DNA from: Hormoscilla sp.
GTDB lineage: Bacteria; Cyanobacteriota; Cyanobacteriia; Cyanobacteriales; Desertifilaceae
NCBI GenBank assembly: GCA_051439505.1
Contig: JBFRWI010000187.1
Span: 1 to 13,805 of the forward strand
Reading direction: 5' to 3'
Length of the DNA: 13,805 nt
Notes under the pieces: generated by a model
What the model was told of the DNA's origin: nothing
What the model saw: only the letters and a program-made list of their open reading frames with translations
The model's database searches: none
Part shown: positions 7,437 to 13,805 of the stretch, in pieces
Layout: every line of letters starts with the position of its first letter
Position numbering within the stretch: position 1 is the stretch's first letter
Position numbers and translations under genes: made by a program

Positions 7437-7841
7437 ATGTCCTACAGCAGCTTTAAAACCCTTGCCAGCATCCAAAGCACCTTTGGACTTGAGCTTGACG
7501 AAAGCCAAAATCGGCGTTGCACATTTAAGGGATGATAGCAGCTAATTTTTCAACTTTGCTAATGGCTAATTGCTAATTGAAAAGAGTAAAGCTATCTATT
7601 CATGACGACAAATGACTATCTCTATTAACCATTGACAATAGCGCTCCTGCACGCTCCGGGCCCCCTCCGCTGCGCGACTTCGTCCTCTGCAATTAGCAGA
7701 CCTCATCATCGGTGGAGTTGTGCAACGCCCCAAAATATTTTTGCCCAAACCAAATCACGTCAGCCTAGTGATATGAGGCACTGCTCAACACGACAGCCGC
7801 CTCTCAATGTAAAATACAGAGCGGGTGTAATATTTTTTTAA
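7437..7841 (+). pseudogene. Truncated gene remnant interrupted by MITE copy 2
   Basis: Removing the MITE and one target copy gives an in-frame MSYSSFKTLASIQSTFGLELDESQNIFAQTKSRQPSD... This resembles 'M(A/S)YS.F.L..V...FGL...E..NLF' N-termini of a common cyanobacterial hypothetical family. The frame stops at 7841. Confidence 0.55.
7513..7729. mobile_element. MITE copy 2 (GGCGTTGCACA ends)
   Basis: Same 11-bp terminal inverted repeats as copy 1. 8-bp duplication CCAAAATC (7505-7512) / CCAAAATA (7730-7737). Shares GATGATAGCAG and ATAGCGCTyCTGCACGCTCCGGGCCCCCTCCGCTGCGCGACTTCGT with copy 1. Confidence 0.85.
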
Positions 7842-7907
7842 CCAACTGGTGCAAGACCACACCCCTTTATAATCGAGATCCGCGCTCGATCGCAAACAGG
7901 AGGAGTT

Positions 7908-8609
7908 ATGTACGTTCAAGAGATCGCTATTACCGCTGACGGCGGTGGCAAATTCAGCGCCTATTTAGCTGCCCCAGATACGGGAGTTCATCCTGGTATC
8001 ATTGTTATTCAGGAAATCTTCGGCGTGAACGAAGATATGCGGCAAATTGCTCGCGGTTATGCAGAAGCTGGCTATGTAGCAATTGTACCAGACCTATTCT
8101 GGCGGCAGGAACCAAATGTGCAACTCGACCCCGCGTCCCAAGCAGACTGGGACAAGGCTTTTGCCCTTTACGAAGGCTTTAGCGAAGACCAGGGAGTTGC
8201 CGATCTAGTCGCTACCCTGAGAACCCTGAGAGACCTCCCCAATTGTACTGGTAAAATTGGTAGCGTTGGTTTCTGTCTGGGTGGTAAACTGGCTTTCCTC
8301 ATGGCTACCCGATCGGCTGCTAATTGCAATGTTTCCTACTACGGTGTGGGTATCGAAAATCAGTTTGATGAAATTGATTGGATCGAAAAGCCCCTGATAT
8401 TACATATGGCAGAAGGTGACGAATACGTTCCGACTCAAACTCAGGCCATCATTAAACAGGAACTCAGTGGCAAGGATCTGGTGACGGTTTATAGTTATCC
8501 TCAGGTAGATCATGGCTTTGCCCGTGCTGACTCTCAACAATACGATCGGGCAGCAGCGGAGTTGGCGAATAGCCGCACAATGGAGTTTTTCGGGCAACAT
8601 CTCCAGTGA
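7908..8609 (+). CDS. Dienelactone hydrolase family protein
   Basis: IQEIFGVN, PDLFWR, nucleophile GFCLGG, D at EGDEYV, HGF. Strong AGGAGG ribosome-binding site, and TATAAT at 7868-7873. Confidence 0.93.
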   Translation: MYVQEIAITADGGGKFSAYLAAPDTGVHPGIIVIQEIFGVNEDMRQIARGYAEAGYVAIVPDLFWRQEPNVQLDPASQADWDKAFALYEGFSEDQGVADLVATLRTLRDLPNCTGKIGSVGFCLGGKLAFLMATRSAANCNVSYYGVGIENQFDEIDWIEKPLILHMAEGDEYVPTQTQAIIKQELSGKDLVTVYSYPQVDHGFARADSQQYDRAAAELANSRTMEFFGQHLQ

Positions 8610-8675
8610 CCGCGTACCAGGCGAAGGGGTGTGGTCATGCAGAGAGTTGATAGCTGATATGTAATATAGCCCCTG

Positions 8676-8720
8676 CACGCGAAGGGCCCCCTCCGCTGCG
8701 AGGAGGGGGCCCTTCGCGTG
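8676..8720. repeat. GC-rich 19-bp perfect hairpin
   Basis: CACGCGAAGGGCCCCCTCC-GCTGCGA-GGAGGGGGCCCTTCGCGTG. Shares GGGCCCCCTCCGCTGCG with both MITE cores. Confidence 0.85.
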
Positions 8721-8875
8721 GGCTTTGTTCATGTAGCCGGGCCCTTTAGGGTTGGGCGACTACCAACGGGCTCCGGAGCCACGCCCCAGGCGAAGTGACC
8801 TCTCCCAGGCACTCCGTCTGTTCTCCGAAAGAATTATGGTAATATCCAGGTTGGATATAGAGGCTGGGAAAATCT

Positions 8876-10156
8876 GTGCTTGACCTGAAACAAATCCGAG
8901 AAAATTCCGAAAAAGTCCGAGAACTGCTGCATCGTCGCGGTTCTGGTTACGATCTGGAGCCAGTTTTGGCCCTAGACAATCAGCAGCGGGAACTGGAAAC
9001 GCAGCGATCGGCGCTGCAAGCACGCAGTAATGAGATTGGCAAGCTGGTGGGTCAAAAGATTAAATCCGGCGTACCCCCAAATTCAGAAGAGGTGCAAAAA
9101 CTGCGGGAAGAGGGAAACCAGGTGAAAAGTCAGCTAGCTGAACTGGAACCTCGGGAAAAAGACTTGAAAGCGCAGTTACAGGATTTACTGCTAGCACTTC
9201 CGAATTTGCCCAGCGACTCGACCCCAGAGGGCAAAAGTGAGGAAGAAAATGTCGAAGTGCGGCGCTGGGGGGACGAGTATCTACCCCAAAACCCCAATAT
9301 TCTCCCCCATTGGGAGGTGGGAGAAAAGCAGAATATTCTCAATTTTGAAAGTTCTGTTAAAATTGCCCAAAGTCGTTTCGTGACTCTGATCGGGGCCGGG
9401 GCGGCCTTGGAAAGGGCCCTGATTAGTTTTATGCTGGATATGCATCTACAAGCTGGCTATCTGGAGGTGATCCCCCCATTCCTGATTAACAGTCAGTCTC
9501 TCACGGCTTCGGGTCAGTTGCCTAAGTTCGCTGAGGAAAGCTTTAAGTGCGATCGGGACGACTTGTGGTTGACTCCAACGGCAGAAGTTCCAGTTACCAG
9601 TCTATATCGGGATGAAATTCTCGTTGCCGATCGCTTGCCCATCTATCACTGCGCTTACACGCCTTGTTTCCGGCGGGAAGCTGGCAGTTACGGGCGCGAT
9701 ACCCGGGGACTGATCCGCTTGCATCAATTCAATAAGGTGGAGTTGTTCAAATTCGTCCATCCCGATAGTTCCGAACGAGAACATCAAAGTTTAGTCCAGA
9801 ATGCCGAAGCAGTTTTGCAAGCATTAAAGTTGCCTTATCGAGTCATCGAACTCTGTACTGGAGATTTGGGTTTCTCAGCGAATAAAACCTACGATCTGGA
9901 GGTATGGTTGCCCAGTTCTGGCAAATACCGCGAAATTTCTAGCTGTTCTAATTGTGGCGACTTTCAGGCCCGGCGCGGTAACATTCGATTTAAGGAAGCG
10001 GGGAAAAAAGGTACTCAATTCCTGCATACTCTGAATGGTTCGGGATTAGCAGTGGGTCGGACGATGGCCGCAATTCTGGAAAACTATCAACAACCAGATG
10101 GTACTGTTAGCATACCAGAAGCCCTGCAACCTTACTTAGGACGGGATGTGCTGTAA
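8876..10156 (+). CDS. serS: Serine--tRNA ligase
   Basis: GTG start. N-terminal coiled-coil arm, GQLPKF, PTAEVP, motif 2 [29 protein letters not shown], motif 3 [12 protein letters not shown]. Confidence 0.99.
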   Translation: MLDLKQIRENSEKVRELLHRRGSGYDLEPVLALDNQQRELETQRSALQARSNEIGKLVGQKIKSGVPPNSEEVQKLREEGNQVKSQLAELEPREKDLKAQLQDLLLALPNLPSDSTPEGKSEEENVEVRRWGDEYLPQNPNILPHWEVGEKQNILNFESSVKIAQSRFVTLIGAGAALERALISFMLDMHLQAGYLEVIPPFLINSQSLTASGQLPKFAEESFKCDRDDLWLTPTAEVPVTSLYRDEILVADRLPIYHCAYTPCFRREAGSYGRDTRGLIRLHQFNKVELFKFVHPDSSEREHQSLVQNAEAVLQALKLPYRVIELCTGDLGFSANKTYDLEVWLPSSGKYREISSCSNCGDFQARRGNIRFKEAGKKGTQFLHTLNGSGLAVGRTMAAILENYQQPDGTVSIPEALQPYLGRDVL

Positions 10157-10196
10157 TTTCAGAGTAAGAATAGCGCAGGCGCTGCACACTGCGTAT

Positions 10197-10231
10197 CAGA
10201 AACCAGGTTTTTCTCATACACCTGGTTTCTG
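10197..10231. terminator. Hairpin downstream of serS (terminator or REP-like)
   Basis: 12-bp stem CAGAAACCAGGT / ACCTGGTTTCTG with an 11-nt loop, 40 bp after the serS stop. There is no long U-tract after the stem. Confidence 0.45.
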
Positions 10232-10247
10232 GGCTGTTGGTAAATAG

Positions 10248-10761
10248 GTTCACAACGTTGAAAACCAAGAAACGAACTTTTGAGTTAGTCGGATAAAGGT
10301 TCATAACTAGGAGATTGACATTTTCGTTGGTCAAATGAACCTTGACAAGTAGGAGATTGACGTTTAACAATAAAAAAGCGACATTTTAGTTTGCCCGATC
10401 GACCTTGTCAGTCAGTAAATTAACGATTACAACTAGGTAAAACCCGCTAAAATTCATCATCTGAACGTTAAATAGCAAAAAACCCAGGTTAAAGACCAGG
10501 AGATGAACGCTCCTGGGCGGGAGATGAAGGTTAAAGACCAGGAGATGAACGCTCCTGGGCGAGAGATGGACGCTATTGAGCGGGAGATGAACACAGAAGA
10601 TTAGGAGATGCACGCTATTGAGCGGGAGATGAACACAGAAGATTGGGGATGAACGCTATTGGGCAGGAGATGAACATAGAATATTGGGAGATGAACAATA
10701 TTGGGCAGGAGATGAACATAGAATATTGGGAGATAAGCGCTATTGAGCGGGAGATGGACAC
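10248..10761. repeat. Degenerate 21-nt-period tandem array
   Basis: GAGATGAAC-type unit heads at 10500, 10521, 10542, 10563, 10584, 10605, 10626, 10647 (20-nt unit), 10667, 10688, 10709, 10730 and 10751. Decayed in-phase heads lie further left (e.g. GAGATTGAC at 10311 and 10353). Confidence 0.85.
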
Positions 10762-10857
10762 TTGAGAGTGCGGTTGTATTAAATAAAACGTTGCTACAGA
10801 TGTAACTCTCGGAAATCAGTTAATCAGCGAGTTTGGCAATATGCAATCAGATCGCTT

Positions 10858-10890
10858 CCTGGTATCCCTGGTATCCCTGGTATCCCTGGT
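10858..10890. repeat. 9-bp tandem repeat (CCTGGTATC), about 3.7 copies
   Basis: Read directly from the sequence. Confidence 0.85.
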
Positions 10891-10952
10891 CTTTTGACAA
10901 ATATGAGATGCGCCCTCGGAAGCGACGAGCCCACCGTGGCAACCTCACGAGC

Positions 10953-10958
10953 TATAAT
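10953..10958 (+). promoter_or_regulatory. Candidate -10 box for rseP
   Basis: TATAAT ending about 35 nt before the ATG at 10994. Confidence 0.4.
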
Positions 10959-10993
10959 AAAGAGCTATGTAGCTAAGTAAAGTAGATATATCT

Positions 10994-12085
10994 ATGCCAG
11001 TTTTAGGAGCGATCGCAGTTTTGGCGGTGCTGATAGTTGTTCACGAACTAGGTCATTTCATGGCAGCGCGCCTGCAAGGCATCCATGCCAACCGGTTCTC
11101 CCTGGGGTTTGGTCCTATATTGTGGAAGTATCAGGGTCCAGAGACGGAATATGCCATCCGCGCCATTCCCCTAGGGGGTTTTGTCGGTTTTCCCGACGAT
11201 GACCCAGATAGTGAGATCCCTCCCGACGATCCCGATCTGTTAAGCAATCGCCCGATCCTGGACCGCGCGATCGTCATTAGTGCTGGGGTAATCGCTAATT
11301 TAATCTTTGCTTACGTAGTCCTAGTAGGGCAGTTGACCGTTCAAGGAGTACCAGCAGGACTTGATTATCAACCAGGAGTTATCGTACCGCAGATAGTATC
11401 GGCGGATGCCCCTGCTGCCCGCGCAGGCATGACCGCTGGGGACGTGATTTTGTCTATCAATCGCCAGCAACTGGGTGCGGATGAAAATGCCATTATCAAG
11501 TTACAAACTGAGATTCAAAAGCATCCCAACCAGGAAATTACCCTCATAGTCGAGCGTAATGACAGCATTTTAACTCTGAGGGTGACGCCAGAAGCAGGAC
11601 CGGATGGCACAGGACGAATAGGCGTGCAACTCTATCCCAATGGTACACCGATCCATCGTGCTGCTCGAAATCCCGCAGAGGTATTGGGGATAGCTGCCGA
11701 ACAATTTCAAAATATTTTTGTCAAAACCGCTCAAGGTTTTGGTCAGTTAATCACTGATTTTAAGTCAGTAGCGCATCAAGTGGGCGGTCCAGTAAAGATT
11801 GTGGAGGCCGGGGCGAAATTTGCCCAGTCTGACTCTGCCAACCTGCTATTCTTCGCCGCGATCATTAGTATCAACCTGGCGATTTTGAATATTTTACCCC
11901 TCCCGGCCCTGGATGGCGGTCAGCTAGTTTTTCTGTTAATTGAGGGTTTGCGGGGTAAACCTCTGCCTACCAAGGTGCAAGAGAATGTCATGCAGACGGG
12001 GTTGATGCTACTTTTGGGACTGGGGGTGTTTCTGATTATCAGAGATACAACCCAATTGGAAGTTTTCCAGAAGTTACTCGACTGA
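10994..12085 (+). CDS. rseP: RIP metalloprotease RseP (site-2 protease, M50) with PDZ domain
   Basis: HELGH zinc motif, FSLGFGP, IPLGGFV, central PDZ segment (PAARAGMTAGDVILSIN), NILPLPALDGG. Confidence 0.96.
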   Translation: MPVLGAIAVLAVLIVVHELGHFMAARLQGIHANRFSLGFGPILWKYQGPETEYAIRAIPLGGFVGFPDDDPDSEIPPDDPDLLSNRPILDRAIVISAGVIANLIFAYVVLVGQLTVQGVPAGLDYQPGVIVPQIVSADAPAARAGMTAGDVILSINRQQLGADENAIIKLQTEIQKHPNQEITLIVERNDSILTLRVTPEAGPDGTGRIGVQLYPNGTPIHRAARNPAEVLGIAAEQFQNIFVKTAQGFGQLITDFKSVAHQVGGPVKIVEAGAKFAQSDSANLLFFAAIISINLAILNILPLPALDGGQLVFLLIEGLRGKPLPTKVQENVMQTGLMLLLGLGVFLIIRDTTQLEVFQKLLD

Positions 12086-12093
12086 TGATAATG

Positions 12094-12226
12094 GTTCATT
12101 GCTAATGGCTAATTGCCAATGGCAATGAACTAGGCAGTACGGCGATCGATTGTCAATACTCGTAGGTTGGGTATCCGCACGAAACCCCACAGACCCCTCT
12201 CAATTAGCAATTAGCAATTAGCAATT
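12094..12226. repeat. Heptamer STRR-like repeats in opposed orientation
   Basis: TTGCTAA/TGGCTAA/TTGCCAA after rseP and (CAATTAG)x3 at about 12200-12225 before nth. The two tracts are complementary. Confidence 0.7.
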
Positions 12227-12247
12227 TACAATTTTCTGTCCCCTCAT

Positions 12248-12898
12248 ATGAGTATCATTCAGAAATGGTCGGCCAAAGAACAGCGGGCCTTAGAGATTTT
12301 GATTCGCCTCAAGCGACTTTATCCTGATGCCCGCTGTACTCTTAATTATCAAACACCAGTACAGCTGCTAGTCGCGACTATTCTTGCTGCCCAATGTACC
12401 GATGAAAGAGTTAATCAGGTAACTCCAGAGTTATTTAAAAGGTTTCCCGATGCTCGGGCGATCGCATCTGCTAATATAGATGAATTAGAGGAGATAGTGC
12501 GTCCCACAGGATTTTATCGTAATAAGGCCAAGAACATCCAAGCGGCTTGCCAGATGATTGTCACGGAATTTCAGGGAAAAGTACCCCAACAGATGGAAAA
12601 ACTGGTGCAATTGCCAGGAGTGGCCCGCAAGACTGCTAATGTAGTGTTAGCGAATGCTTTTGGCATCAATCAAGGGGTGACAGTGGATACCCATGTCAAG
12701 CGTCTGGGTCAACGTTTGGGATTAACGGAACATAAGGATCCCGTGCGCATTGAGCGAGATTTAATCAGATTATTGCCCCAGTCTGATTGGGAAAATTGGT
12801 CTATTCGGCTAATTTATCACGGTCGGGCCGTCTGCAAGGCCAAGAAACCCGAATGTCATGCTTGCGCACTTTCCGATCTATGTCCCTCTGCCAATTGA
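12248..12898 (+). CDS. nth: Endonuclease III
   Basis: LLVATILAAQCTDERVN, helix-hairpin-helix LPGVARKTANV, VDTHV, and [4Fe-4S] motif C-X6-C-X2-C-X5-C (CKAKKPECHACALSDLC). Confidence 0.98.
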   Translation: MSIIQKWSAKEQRALEILIRLKRLYPDARCTLNYQTPVQLLVATILAAQCTDERVNQVTPELFKRFPDARAIASANIDELEEIVRPTGFYRNKAKNIQAACQMIVTEFQGKVPQQMEKLVQLPGVARKTANVVLANAFGINQGVTVDTHVKRLGQRLGLTEHKDPVRIERDLIRLLPQSDWENWSIRLIYHGRAVCKAKKPECHACALSDLCPSAN

Positions 12899-13194
12899 GA
12901 ATTAGTAATTGAGAATTGCTGATTCTTTACTTTCCATTCTCAGGGGCTAGCCCAATTTTGGCTCGATCGCCCTTTGGCCCTGCTGTGGTTGAAGAAATCG
13001 GTTCTCAGGCTGAGCCTGAGAACTATATGAAAACAGATAAACTATTTTACGTTTCTTATCTTATCATCTCCTGCAACCCGATGACAAGGGGCGGTGCCTA
13101 TATTTGGGAGCGATCGCCCTGGTGGTTTCCGGTACCGTTGCGGTTGTATCATGATTGCGTCAAACTGCTATTAGTATTGCGATCGTCCTTGACT

Positions 13195-13805
13195 ATGCAG
13201 ACCCAAATTACCACCACCACGCCAATTCCAGGCCAATACTGGAATTGGCGCGGCCACAACATCTATTATGTACGAGCAGGGGAACCCCACCCACAGCGTC
13301 CGCCACTGCTATTGGTGCATGGGTTTGGCGCTTCTACAGACCATTGGCGGAAAAATATCGCTCCACTTAGTAACGAGTTCGGTGTTTGGGCGATCGACCT
13401 ATTAGGTTTCGGACGTGCTGCCAAAGCGAAGACGATCTACAGTGGGGACTTGTGGCGAGACCAACTGCACGATTTTATTACAGAGGTTATCGGTCAACCC
13501 ACGATCTTAGTTGGCAACTCCTTGGGGGGATATGCTTCTCTGTGTGTCGCAGCGCAGCGCCCCGATCGTGCAGCGGGTTTAGTGTTGCTCAACAGTGCGG
13601 GCCCATTTACCGAAACAGAAGACTCTGCTGCCTCCCGTCGGCAGACCAACTCCCCCAGAAAATTTTTAGGCCAATTCTCCCAGTCGGTGTTTCGCCAGAG
13701 TTGGGCAAGTTTTTTGCTATTCCAGTATCTGCGACGACCTGCACTCATTCGCAAAACTCTGCAAAAGGTCTATCTCGACCAAACGGCGGTCACGGACCAA
13801 CTGGT
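13195..13805 (+). CDS. Alpha/beta fold hydrolase (3' end runs off the window)
   Basis: Not in the ORF track. Manual translation: MQTQ...YWNWRGHNIYY...LLLVHGFGASTDHWRKNI...AIDLLGFG...VGNSLGG (nucleophile elbow)...GLVLLNSAG. Confidence 0.92.
   Translation, partial: MQTQITTTTPIPGQYWNWRGHNIYYVRAGEPHPQRPPLLLVHGFGASTDHWRKNIAPLSNEFGVWAIDLLGFGRAAKAKTIYSGDLWRDQLHDFITEVIGQPTILVGNSLGGYASLCVAAQRPDRAAGLVLLNSAGPFTETEDSAASRRQTNSPRKFLGQFSQSVFRQSWASFLLFQYLRRPALIRKTLQKVYLDQTAVTDQL

Noticed and set aside
5423..7729. Composite transposon that delivered the GATase-like gene
   Set aside because: Each MITE has its own target duplication, and the outer flanks (GGTATATT vs CCAAAATA) do not match.
8610..8875. T-box or other riboswitch upstream of serS
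   Set aside because: No T-box consensus is visible, and the strong hairpin is explained by a dispersed repeat shared with the MITEs.
4390..9787. Small ORFs overlapping pyrC, the GATase-like gene, the dienelactone hydrolase and serS, plus 5620-5844 and 7632-7841
   Set aside because: These are shadow frames of real genes, or start inside MITE sequence.
10500..10761. CRISPR array
   Set aside because: The constant part is only about 9 nt, the variable parts are 12 nt and recur rather than being unique spacers, and there are no cas genes in the window.
13155..13754. ORFs 13155-13370 (+) and 13494-13754 (-)
   Set aside because: They overlap the alpha/beta hydrolase frame, which carries the conserved motifs.

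Overview
Cyanobacterial chromosomal window: at least nine HIP1 octamers (GCGATCGC), heptamer tandem repeats, and serS-rseP-nth order. Left, minus strand: an accessory sugar-phosphate cluster of short class II aldolase > CbbY-like HAD phosphatase > dhaL > dhaK (dhaK runs off the window). An IS4-type MITE sits in the dhaL-dhaK spacer. Middle: pyrC, then a variable zone holding an atypical 395-aa class I glutamine amidotransferase-like gene, two related MITEs with 8-bp target duplications, several gene remnants and a dienelactone hydrolase. Right: serS, a ~0.5 kb degenerate 21-nt-period array, rseP, nth and a partial alpha/beta hydrolase. No CRISPR array, rRNA or tRNA seen. Best candidates for undescribed biology are the aldolase/CbbY/DhaL/DhaK module, the enlarged GATase-like protein and the 21-nt array. 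All family assignments come from motif recognition, not database searches.
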